64,000 nucleotides of DNA from Octopus vulgaris (Eukaryota). Every line of letters starts with the position of its first letter. The stretch's first letter is position 1. The DNA lies in contig OX597816.1 of the NCBI GenBank assembly GCA_951406725.2, forward strand, positions 177,196,001-177,260,000. Reading direction: 5' to 3'. Below are positions 40,640 to 52,471 of the stretch, piece after piece. A model generated the notes under the pieces. It was not told the origin of the DNA. It searched no databases and was given only the letters and a program-made list of their open reading frames with translations. Position numbers and translations under genes: made by a program.

Positions 40640-42185
40640 CTTACTGTTGTTGTTTGGTGGGGTGGCTCCCTTGTGCTTTTGCACGGGTGTTTCCGCCAGG
40701 TTTTTATAGAGATTTTTTGAAAAATTTCTCCCTAGCGACCCGACATCGTTAGGTAATTTCTCCTTGATTTCGTTATATTTTGCTTCGTTTATTTTTATGG
40801 TAAGAATGTGTGCTGGTGGTGTGTTGTGCGTTGGTATAACAAAATAAGTGATTTTAGAGTCTGTTTTCTTTCAGGTGTGTGACAAGTTCCTTTTTGTGTT
40901 TATAGCTGTAACGGTGTCTGTATGTGTTGGTGTGTGTGGCACTAATGGTGGCGAAAGTGTTGTTGTTTGTTGTTGTTGATGATGGGGAGCTCTGTTTGTT
41001 CGTGCTTCTCCCGTCTGTTATGTGTGTCTTTTTGTTTTTTACGTCATTTCTTCTTCGGTGGCACTGTGTGCCACTCCCCTTTTTTGCTATCAGTGCTCGC
41101 ACAATCCGAGCTGACCTGATCGGGAAAGGGGACATTTGTGGGGTCCGTTTCCACAGTTTGTCAAAAATCAGTAATATTTGTAGGAAACGGTGCTGTTGCT
41201 GCAATTGTTGGTGTTGGTGCTTCTTTCTGGGTGGTCCTTCTTGGTGTTGGTGCAACGTGCAATCTGGTGCCGTCCGGCAAATTTATGGAATCAGGTATGG
41301 AATTTATATTTTCTTGCTGGATCTGTGCCAGCAGCTGTATTCCCATACCTGACCAGTTCTTCTCTTGCAACCTGCGTACATCCAGAATAGTGGCAGTGTC
41401 CTCTATGTCATAGATATACTCAGCTCGGGCGGCACCTGATCAATTTTGATTTTTGTTACTCGCCGACCAAGGTATGTCGGTACGAGCAAGAAACTTTCTG
41501 TTTGCAAGGGCGAAATGGCATGTTTCCATGCGTCTTCCTCTGTTGGGAATCGAACCTCCATGGTTCCAAACCGCTTCCCTTTGGTGACATAGCTCTTTTG
41601 ACCACAAATGGGCTTCAGAGCTATTTCCAGTTGTTGTGGTGCGGCATTGCTTATTTTTCTGTATTTTCTTTCGAAAATCTTGTAGATTATTGTTTTTCTG
41701 TTTGTTTCTTGTATCAGTTCTTGTGGTGTATTCAGGAATATGCTGTTACCTTGTTTCTTCAATAAACTTCTAGCAGCTTTGATTTCTTCCATCGTAACTT
41801 TTATTTCCTCCGAGATCTGCTTAGCAGCGGAGGTGAAACCGTTACGATGTTGTTCAGTTGTGTTGTTGCTGGTGGTGGTGTCATTGTTGATGCTGTTCAT
41901 TGATGTTCTTTCCTCCTTCTCCGGCACTGGAGCATTGACGGAGGGAAGAGCAGGGAAATTTCCAATGACAACTTCTTTTGTATTGTCATTTTGAACGCTG
42001 CACGTGCCAGCACGTTCTTTCGAAAATTCTTTGTTGCCTTTTAAGGCGCGAAACGGTCGGTTTGGAGCCGTTTTCGAAATTGTGTGTGTTTGCGGAGGGT
42101 GTGGTGTTGGAAGAAGGGAACAGCTAACTGCTCTCTTCAAAGACATGTTTGTTAAAATAAATGTGTGTGTTTGCAAAATTTTCAA
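40640..42185 (-). pseudogene. Tx1-clade ORF1, frameshifted, with a Thr/Asn-rich C-terminus
   Basis: ORFs 41403-42185 and 41161-41370 lie directly upstream of ORF2. The motifs GKRFGTMEVRFP and NWSGMGI...LPDG recur in the paralogous copies at ~44236-44700 and 63200-63620. Confidence 0.75.
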
Positions 42186-42344
42186 TGTTCAAAATGAAAT
42201 TTTGCCTAACCAACTAGCTCCGCTAGAAGTTAGTTGGCTTGGCCACACAAATATCGAAAAAAATATATGTACTTTTAGACAAACTTCCAATAAAATTGGT
42301 ACAAAACTTACGGAGCCTCCTGAGACACGTCCGTCCTTTAGAGA

Positions 42345-42394
<50 letters not shown>

Positions 42395-42396
42395 TA

Positions 42397-42477
<81 letters not shown>

Positions 42478-43005
42478 GTGACTCTCATAGCTTCTAATCT
42501 TAACTGATTGGAAGTGTTATCATGTACATTGTTTTGTCTTGGTATAAAAGATGGGCTACAGCAAATATTCTGCTCAATACCACAGATTTACTTGTCAGTT
42601 GTTTGACTTTAACCAGTTGACCATGTCCCTTAGTGGCTGATGATATGTGCATATCTGATCACAAGCAGAAGTAATGGGGGAGCATTATAGCCATGTGTTG
42701 AAAGGAATTCTTAGAGGTTTGGATAATTCACCTTTGAAAACATAGGTGTTTCGTTCAATATCCTTAAACAACCCTTCTTCAGGGACCTTTTGAGCTGGAT
42801 GGGCTACTCGACCAGAAGAAAATTCTAACTGCCTCCCACTGCAAGGTCATGTGCTGTTTATCTTGATATGTGATCACCATGTCGCGTACATATGGTTGTG
42901 ATGCATGTGCCTGGTGTAACTTTATCAGACGGCTAGTCATGATGGGCATACTGGGCTTCGTATATTTTATCCCAGTGTCATTTTGATGGCATGCACTGCT
43001 CCCTC

Positions 43006-43006
<1 letters not shown>
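42478..43006. repeat. Complex ~530-bp segment bounded on both sides by (AAT)n; probable non-coding end of an (AAT)n-targeting retroelement (R4/Dong-like 5' UTR, inference)
   Basis: Sharp boundaries with (AAT)n at 42346-42477 and 43007-43060; no ORF. Confidence 0.4.
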
Positions 43007-43059
<53 letters not shown>

Positions 43060-43060
<1 letters not shown>

Positions 43061-45144
43061 TTTCTTTTATTTGCCACCAGGGCGAAGGATGAGGGGTCAA
43101 TACAAAAGCAGACATAAAGTGTGGGGGTTTACACATGTTGGAATGAAAAAAATAGTATACACGATATACATTAGAAGAAGTGAAATATACATAGTATATG
43201 ACACTAGATAAAGAAGGAAAAATTATAGTGATGGGGTCTCCTTGATACAGGAGGACCACTAGGGATAATCGAGGACCCCCCCCTCCAAGATCACCCTAAA
43301 TACCAAGGACGAGAGTCCTCTCTAACTCTTTTCTTCCGACTCACAGGTTTACACTTTACCAAAGAGGTTTATCCACAACAACCCCACCTTGTGCGATACA
43401 TCGTACAGAGGGCAGGGGCTAAAGTTGGCTTAGGTGGGGCCCTGATCAATTTGAATCAATCGAAAGCTTTCGATAGGGTAGACCATCGCTACCTGGAATC
43501 CATCCCTAAAGGGTCGGTTTCGGACCCGTTTTCAGAGGCTGGATTGCTGCAATGCACAGTGCCACCTGCTCGGTGGTCAAAGCAAATGGCCATCTATCAG
43601 AACCGTTTAGTATCGCACGTTCGGTCCGTCAGAGCTGCCTGCTCTCACTGGACTCAGGAGGGCAGTGTCGGCGTACGCAGACGATCTCATCATCACGGTG
43701 TCGGAGGACTCTGAAGTGGTGACGATTGGTACCATTGTAAATGAATTTGAGTCAGACGTGGACATTTCATTTACAGTCTGTTGAATAATCTTGTTTTTGA
43801 AGTTCTGTAATTGGTTGTTTCTGTGTTTCTCTGATTTCATGATGTTGCTCTTTTTGAAATTGTTGTTCTTGTTCTTGCTCTTGTTGAATTGTGGTTGTGA
43901 ATTGTGTTGCAGTTGCTGTTTCAGAATATGTTTTTCTTGATCTCTTGGAGTAGGGCTACGTACTCTCCTCCTCTTTCGCCTACCTCCTTTTGTCACTGTG
44001 ATCCATTGATGTATTGATCAGCTCTTCTTCCTCCTCCTCCATGTCATTGCAGTTGATGTTGGTTAGTGAGGTGGAGCATTCAGGAGAAGCTTGCTTTTCC
44101 GTGGCAACCGGAGGTAGACTTCTTCTTTGGCTTGGTTTGGGAGTGGATGTGTGCATGGCTGTAGGTGTAGGAGTCTTCAACACTTGTTCATGATTTTGCG
44201 TTTGTGGTGTTTGTAGTGTTGTCAGCAGTGGGAGTTTATTTTTCTTGTTTCAGGGCAGAAAAGCCTTTAAACGAGTCACATTCACATATGTGGCATCTTG
44301 GCTGTTTACCCTCCACTAACACCAATAGGTGAGTACCATCCGGGAGATCGATTAGATCGGGCAGTTGGTCAATATGGTCCTGCATAGATTGTAAAATCCA
44401 TTCCATACCTATACCAGACCAGTTTTGCTTAGGCATTTTCTTCACCTCCTATATCGTCACTTCGTTTTCTTCGAGACCTGCCAGGATGGCCGCCACCAAT
44501 CATGTGATGGATATTTCTGGTGGCACATTCAACATCCTAATCTTGGAAAGACGTTGGCTGGGATAACTGAGGATTAAGTGGTCGGGGAATGACACCTGGC
44601 TTCTTCTTCCGTCCCAAGTATCTCACCTCAATAGTTCCAAACTTCTTTCCTCGGCTGATGTGAGTCTTTTGTTCTCACACGCTCCCGGGACATATTTGTA
44701 TTTCGTTCCAGGAACATTTTCCACCCGCTGAGACAAGACTTCAATGCAGCAGTATGTTACCCTGCATCAAAAGATCTTCTCTACCCCGTCGGATGGATGG
44801 TTTAAAGTTGCTCTTCTACCAATACTTTTTATAATTTTCCTTGCCATTTTAAAATCTTCTTCATCTATGCGGAAATTTCCCATATTCCTCACCACAAACG
44901 GGGGCAATATTCGCGTTATTGCTACCTGGGGGCGAAAGTAGTTAAAATTCAAAAATTATTGATACGCACCCCTGCAAAACCGGGGCTGTTTCTACGTAAA
45001 AATACTACCTTTGCAGTCCAGACAATTTCAGAATTGCAATGGTAATAATGAAAATGAAAACACATGGCCTTAGAAGGACGAAAAGATTACAAACACTTTT
45101 TCAACTTACGCAGCTCCAAATTTCTGTGATTTTACTGTATGGGA
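43060..45144 (-). mobile_element. Rearranged Tx1-clade LINE: 3' UTR (-), inverted RT fragment (+, ~43340-43730), ORF1 and 5' end (-)
   Basis: 3' end CCCTGGTGGCAAATAAAAGAAAT; plus-strand INLNQSKAFDRVDHRYL and SAYADD; minus-strand NWSGIGME...LPDG...RCHIC; both ends adjoin (AAT)n. Confidence 0.75.
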
Positions 45145-45396
45145 AGCTCAATAATAATAATCTTTTTTACTCTAGGCACAAGACCCAACATTTTTTGGGG
45201 AGGGGACCAGTCGATTATATCGACCCCCAGTAAGCAATTGGCACTTAGTTTATCGCCTCCGAAAAGATGAAAGGCAAAGTTAACTTCGGCGGAATTTGAA
45301 CTCAGAACGTAAACACAGACGAAATGCCACTAGGCATTACGCCCGGCGTGCTAACGCTTCTGCCAGCTCGCCGCCCATGTATACGCGCGCGCGCGC

Positions 45397-45476
<80 letters not shown>

Positions 45477-45629
45477 CTAATTAATTTAGGATAAAATTTT
45501 TCGAAAAAAATTTTGTCAATGGCCAGCATATTAAAAAATACATTTAAAGGTTATAAATTGTATATATGTATGTATGTATATATATATATATATATATATA
45601 TAACACATATGCATACATACATATATACA

Positions 45630-45664
<35 letters not shown>

Positions 45665-45919
45665 GCAATTAAGCAATTAAGGACAACTTCTTAATAAGGA
45701 AAACTTAACAAGAAATTATCGGGTAGATAGCGTGAAAAACCTCATAAAAGAAAAAATTTCGAAAATAATTCTTTCTTATTGAACATATTAATTTATATAT
45801 AGAGGGCATTATTATACATACATGCCACACGCTAAGAGGGACAAAATTAGTCATTTCTACCAAAAATTTTACTAATCCCACCGAATGCAATTTTTCAAAG
45901 TAAGACATTTAAAAATATG

Positions 45920-45966
45920 GACTTGTATCACCTGTGATTTCATACCTCTGTATTCATCAGCAAGTC
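45920..45966 (-). ncRNA. Canonical type-I hammerhead ribozyme
   Basis: GACTTG-CTGATGA-ATAC-agag-GTAT-GAAA-TCAC-ag-GTGA-TA-CAAGTC. All core nucleotides are present with three fully paired stems; it lies in a (TA)n-flanked ~470-bp segment (45661-46132). Confidence 0.8.
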
Positions 45967-46127
45967 TGGACGTATCATAAATAAACGAACCCAACTCGTC
46001 TAAGCCGAGCAACTATCTGATCAACTTCAACGAAGCACATGGGTGGGTTTACATATATTACATCCGGTAAATGGCAGACTTTTACGAATTGCATTTCGGG
46101 AAAGGAAAGTTTTTTTCGGAATAAAAA

Positions 46128-46256
<129 letters not shown>

Positions 46257-46270
46257 TATGTATCTACCTA

Positions 46271-46314
<44 letters not shown>

Positions 46315-46357
46315 CGTATATATATATATATGTGTGTGTGTGTGTATATATATATAT

Positions 46358-47547
46358 AATTTGCCACCAGGGCAAAGGGTGACATAACAAGGACAGACAT
46401 AAAGTGTGGGGGTTTCCATATAATGGAATGATATAAAAAAAGAAGAAAAAAACAGGAATATATACAGAAATATAGAGTAATAATAAGAAAAAACAAATTG
46501 TGATGAACGGGGGACTCCTGATACAGGAGGACCTCTCGGTAAGATGGAGGAACCCTATCATCCAAGGTCACCCTGAATACCACGGTCAAATACCTTTTCC
46601 AACTCCTTTCTTCCAACTCAGGTGTACACTGAGTGGTACCATCCACTCTTGCCATTTTTGCAACTTTCACCCCACTTTTCATAAATTCACTTGAGGACAG
46701 TACCCCCATCTCCACCCTCACTTTCCTTTTCGAGTGAAACTTGAAACAGTCGATGAGGGCATTACCAAAGAGGTATGTCCCTCTCTTCATTCCTTTCAGC
46801 CTCGTCCATCAGAAAAACTCTTTCGCCACAGCAACCATACAAAGTAAAACTGCCTCGCCTGCCCGATTAAAGGAGAGCGGCGGGGCAATCATCACTATGG
46901 ACTCAGCTGACAGACGGATCCGTCCTATACGCAACAGCAGCTATTCGGCATAACTTCACAAGTCAGCAATTACAAGACGCTGAACAAAGGTATCCAGAAT
47001 GGTTTCGTCGCTCTGTGACCACCTCGGACAAGCCCGTCTGACAGCACATTCAAACCTGTAGAGTTTATCTCGAACCAGTAGCACCCCCATCCTCGTAGCA
47101 CTGTCAAGCCAAAGACACCCAGAAATTATCCATAGTAGTCCCCCGACCGGAAAGTCCTCTAGAACAGACTAGTCAGTTTATCTTTGTCAACGCCCAGAGT
47201 CGCACTTTCCCGCCACTAATATAGCTAAAATGAAACACCCACCGATCCTATTGCCCGACTGGTAGAGGAGAGGTCAACAGCGGTAGAAGACTTTACTTCA
47301 TACCTAAATGGCTTGCCACGGCTCTCGGCAGCGGACGAGAGGTTCTGCGAAAAGCTGATAACATCACTGAAATACGAGAAGCGATGAGCGATTGCCACAA
47401 GCCGCAAATCGCCAGGACCACACTAGCACATCACGGAAATCCAATCGATACCTGTCAGAAAGTTGGAAGTTTCTGAGCAGGTTTTCCAGACTTTTACATC
47501 CACTTTTGCTATGTACTAAACTCACACAGTTCTTCCGTGCGTCCACG
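46358..47547 (-). mobile_element. Decayed, rearranged Tx1-clade LINE (3' part -, inverted piece + ~47225-47400, endonuclease piece -)
   Basis: FKFHSKRKVRVE and a 3' UTR like that at 43060; plus-strand YLNGLPRLSA; minus-strand FQLSDRYRLD. Confidence 0.7.
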
Positions 47548-47968
47548 GAAAATAATTAATAAATAATTATTTGTAAAATATAAATCAATTAAATAAAATT
47601 TTTAATTTTTAATTTTTAATTTCTAAACGGATATAATTTTTAATACATTAATTGATTTATATTTTACAAATAATTATCTACCCTATGTATTTAGACTCTG
47701 TCCTTTTATAAGGTTTTTTGTTTTTTTGATTTAAAGTTTTCTTCGATTTTATGAGTTGATTTTATACTGAAATTTGTTCATTGCATTCTAAAGACCGTTA
47801 CAACTTCTGTTTTAAGTCTGGTGCTTATTATATAAGTCTGCCGAACACAGCTAAAGAAACTGATGCCTCCTATTGTCAATTGGTGGTGATGGCCAAACAC
47901 AAACATAAAAAGAGACATACATGCGTGCATATATATATATGTGTCGTTATCATCATTGTTCGACCGTG

Positions 47969-48818
47969 ATCGAGACAATGGAATTTACCATGCTACACTG
48001 GTCGAGACAATGGAATTTACCATGCTACGCCAGACTTCACGGTCCATCATGGCATTACGGAGGTCCTGTTGCTGGATGCCTGTATCCCTGGAGATTACAT
48101 CAGGGTAGGAGAGTGTGCGCCCTCTGGTATTGCGAGTAGATGGCTTCCAGAGGAGAAGAGTAGAAATTACCTCTTTTTCAGCTCTACAAAAATGTCCAGC
48201 AAACTGGACTCTCCTACCTTTCACAAGAGATGACACAGGTGGTAGGTTCCCATATATTTGCATTTTGGTTGGATGGCGCTTCCACGAGAGATTTTGAGCT
48301 CTCATAAGGAGGCGAGTGTAGGTTCCATCCAACCGCCTCTCAAGCATATTTGATAACGTCCAGGTTTCTGAGCCATATAGTAGAATTGGTTCGACTGTGG
48401 CTTTGAAGATTTCAAGTTTGAAGTCTCTACTTAGATTTGATGACCAGATCTTATGCATGTCATTACAGGCTGACCAGGCCATACCCTTTCTAGTTAGAAA
48501 ATCTTTTCCAGATGATGATATGTATGACCCAAGATATTTGTAATCAGAAACCATATTTAAGGGCGCATTGTTGAGAGTATGGATGATGCAATCACTGTTG
48601 GACAGGCACTTGTTTATATATTCAGTCTTGGCCTCATTGAGGTAAAGACCTACACAATTTGAGGCTTGTTCGAGAGATTGTAAAAGAGACTGGGCATTGG
48701 AGAGAGAATCACTGATAAGAGCGATGTCGTCAGCAAAGTCAGTGTCTGTCAAGTATTCAGCTAGGTGTCTAGAACTTCTTAGTTTTATTTCAAAGCCCTT
48801 GGCAAGGGCTTTGAAATA
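47969..48818 (-). mobile_element. 5'-truncated RTE-group LINE (RT C-terminus)
   Basis: DFADDIAL, GLYLNEAKTEY, YKYLGSYI, LLYGSETWTL and DREVWR; a 28-bp duplication marks the 3' end (47970-48028). Confidence 0.85.
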
Positions 48819-48829
48819 ACTATATGTGT

Positions 48830-48861
<32 letters not shown>

Positions 48862-48902
48862 GTATGTATGTGTATATATATATATATATATACATACATA
48901 CA

Positions 48903-48934
48903 CTAGACTACCCGTGACCCGTTGGGTTATCGGG
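48903..48934 (-). mobile_element. Possible Helitron 3' terminus
   Basis: Hairpin CCCGTGACCC-gtt-GGGTTATCGGG adjacent to CTAG-T on the minus strand; the extent of the element is unknown. Confidence 0.4.
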
Positions 48935-49422
48935 GAAGTCTGAGTTTCCCAGCAACGGAATTTTGTTTCGTGTTTTTTTTCCAGGTTATTTTGCATGCTT
49001 TCAGAGAATGTGACATCGAAATCACGCGTAAGCGGCTCCCTTCCCAAGAAAAGGAAAGAGGTGGCTGCTATTTCTTGCACGCCCTGTTACCATGTAATAA
49101 GTATTTCGGGTCCTTTATCGCAAATAGCAGTTACGTGGTAGCAGGGCGTGCTAGAAATAGCAGCCTAATCTTTGGATGTGAGACACGTTGATTGCACACG
49201 AAAAGACATATGGAAAAAACTTATTTCACGCCGAGGTTACGAACTGGTCTTTTACGAAATATTTATGCCAAAAAATATTTTAGTAATGGTATTCACTTGA
49301 AAATAATTTGAAAAGCCATTAAAATATTGTCTGTTTAAAAAGAGCTAAAATATAAACACTTAATGTACAAACAACTCATATTTTTGAAATCACATTCACT
49401 TAAAAATATTTCTAAATGATTA

Positions 49423-50655
49423 CACTGGGCAACAAAGAAAAAAAAAATTGTCTGCTGCCTTGAATATTTCAACGTATTCCTAAGTGATTTTACCTGCTAA
49501 ATTAAAAAATAACTTCAGTTTTTCTCTATCAGGTCTAGTTTTCTGACTAAACCCGAGAGAGTAAGCGTTTTATTCATACAGAAAGCATATAATATGAATC
49601 AATAAAGAGAGCGTAACACAAAATAAAACGAAGTACAAATAAATTTTGAAAATTGAAAATGCACAAAATTCAAAGAATAAATTTGCATTTCTTTGTGCAC
49701 CGTGAATGTTGTACAACAAGAGTATCTCATTTTAAACCCCAGCAATGGTCTGCCATCATCACAGCATCCCAACGTCCTTGGTACCGAGTTTCCATCTCCT
49801 TGATGTCCTGATGGAATCGTTTACCTTGATCATCGCTAACATCTCCGAGATTTTCAGGAAAACAATCAAGATGTCTAAAAAGATAAAGCATTTTGATGCT
49901 CATATTCGCGCCAATATCACGAAAAGTTGATATCAACTTGGTAACAAGGTCTTTATAGCTTTCACTTTTGTGTTTCCCAAGGAAATTTTGCACTACTTCT
50001 GCAAAGGTTAGCCGAGCTGATACTTCCTTTTCGCTCATCATTTTCACGAAATTTGTGTCCTTCAAGAGCTTATGGCCCATCAGAAATCCCTGCTTTAAGT
50101 TTTTCGATTGTCAAGTCTGGAAATACACTTCAGATATACTTGAGGCACTCCCCATTTTTGTCAAGAGCTTTGACGAATTGCTTCATCAATTCGAGTTTGA
50201 TGTGCAATGGGGCGGGGGGGGGGGGGGAATGATCTTATCTCTCTCAACTAAAGGTTCATCCAATATATTGGCAGCTCTACATGGAACAATATTTGTTCGA
50301 GGCGGCCAGGCATTCTTAACATAGTGGTTTCCTTGGTTTTTACTGTCTCACATGCAAAAAAAGCACGAGTATTTGTTGAGTGGCCGAGTGGGACAGAGCC
50401 ATAAACGTTTCCGTTGGGCAACAATACACATTTTAAACTACACTTAGAGCTGTCTATGAGAAGACGCCATTCCTCCTATTTGTATTCCTCAATGCCAAGT
50501 TTATTAAGAACTGACATCTCTGCAGTAAACCAGCTCTTCCTCTTTTGTGAAAAAAGAAAGGAACTCTTCATGCCGACTCCGATAAAATGTTATACGGACA
50601 CCATTCTTAGAAGATTCTTCTTTTTCCGTCAAGAAGCCAACAGTTCTGGGACCCG
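49423..50655 (-). mobile_element. Chapaev3-like (CMC) DNA transposon, 3' part with a decayed, internally deleted transposase
   Basis: ELLAS, EWRLLIDSSK.SLKCVLL.NGN, PLHIKL.LMKQFVKAL and HLDCFPENLGDVSDDQGKRFHQDIKEMETRYQG motifs; terminus CACTGGGCAAC at 49423 preceded by TTA. Confidence 0.75.
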
Positions 50656-50772
50656 AGATTAAAAGAAATGTCCAGGTATTTTTTTATAAATCATGTACAT
50701 CTATTTCATGCATACCTCTGAAGTTTTAATGTAATATTGAAGAGTCGTTAGATTTTGAACTCTAATTCTATA

Positions 50773-50804
<32 letters not shown>

Positions 50805-50914
50805 AGTGTGTGTGTGTGTGTGTGTGTGTTTGTGAGTGTGTGTGTGTGCTATACTATAAGTATATTGACAGTTAGTTCTTTACCATTGTAGAATTTTGGG
50901 ATCCAGAACATCTC

Positions 50915-52357
50915 AATTTAAACATCTCAATTTTATAACAAAAATATTATCATTTATTTTATCTTAAAACATTCAATAAAATATATATCACCAGAATATG
51001 CTGGGAGTCGGATCCCCACTGTCTCGACCAATATCATTTCAACCAATGAAAAAGAAGCTTATGAATCCATATACTAAAAGATATGACTTATTTCCCTTCC
51101 ACTTTGTCTATACATACTGAGCCCAGCCGACGTGGGTGTTGGTTCTTGTTGGGTTTGTGTTCACTGGTTTTCTCTTGTGTTCATTGTTATTTTGTTTGTG
51201 TTTTATTATTCTTGCTGTGGGTGGGCGTGGTGTTGATCCAGAACAGCACATCCACAAGCTTACCCATGCTTCCAAGTTTCAATAATATTAAGATGTCTCA
51301 TGATTATTCCAAAATTTTATTCTACTTTGTTTAACATCTCAATGTCAGCTGATATCTAACTAATGCCTACAAATGAAATAAAACCTTTGAAACTCCGCCA
51401 CTGAGACAGTTTTATTAAATGTAGCTCAAGTTGGTGATAGAAAGATAAACTTTTACCTTTTGTCTCTTAACATAAGATTCTTAGAGGCCTAATCGCAACT
51501 CTTCTGCAAGTATACTCTTTGGGTTAACTGAAAGAATTTGCCTGAAATCCCCAGAGAGTAAGAAATACTATCTCTGACTTTGTAAGGTGCAACCAACAGC
51601 TTCATTTGCAAGGCAATGAAACATTGAGCACTCATACATATACCATGGCCACCTTTAAAGCATCTAACTCTCCAGATCTTTTACCGATCTTCTACACACA
51701 GGATTGATACTGTGAGTAACAGAGTCAGCTTCAAAACAGAATAAACAGTCCTGTCACCTTAAATTAAAGTTGCAAAATTTCGAAATGAGGTCATGACAAT
51801 AGTAATTGACTTGAAAGGAAGAACATATTGTAAGAAATTGCTTGATAAACAATTATACCTGTTCTCTAAGAAGCAACAAGGAAAACTGTATCTCTAGAGA
51901 CTACAAGAAAGTGCATTTACATTCATTTATAAGGATACACATATATACGCTTCTATATATTAATAGATAGGTGTTGACCCACACACGAGTATATCAGCCC
52001 TTGAACAGGTTTAACTTTATTTACGAAAGGTTTCCCAAAATTCACATTCTCTCCTCACAAATCAGGCTTAATGCTAATCTCGGTCAACTCGCTGACATCA
52101 GAAGAGTAGAGGTTATGTATAAGCACATTGTTTGGAAGGCCGTTCAAGTTCATTCGCGCTTTGAATGGCTTTGCTTTTCATCCCCTAGGGTGTCCAAAAG
52201 TCATGCATACTGGTTTAGTCACCGATGACCCGACTATGCACAACCTGCACAACCTATGCACAAACATAACATTTTGGAGGACGTTGACTCCTGAGTTTAT
52301 TCATTCATCGAGAGGTTTTGTGTTTCATCCCGGAGGGCTTACACATATGCGCACAGT

Positions 52358-52408
<51 letters not shown>

Positions 52409-52427
52409 TATATATGTATATATATAC

Positions 52428-52471
<44 letters not shown>

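Larger units (their letters stand above)
36957..42345 (-). mobile_element. Near-full-length (~5.4 kb) Tx1-clade LINE, inactivated
   Basis: 5' UTR, ORF1, ORF2 (APE plus RT plus CPRC zinc motif) and a 3' UTR ending CCCTTGTGGCCAATAAAAGAA; flanked by (AAT)n and (GAT)n. Confidence 0.92.
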
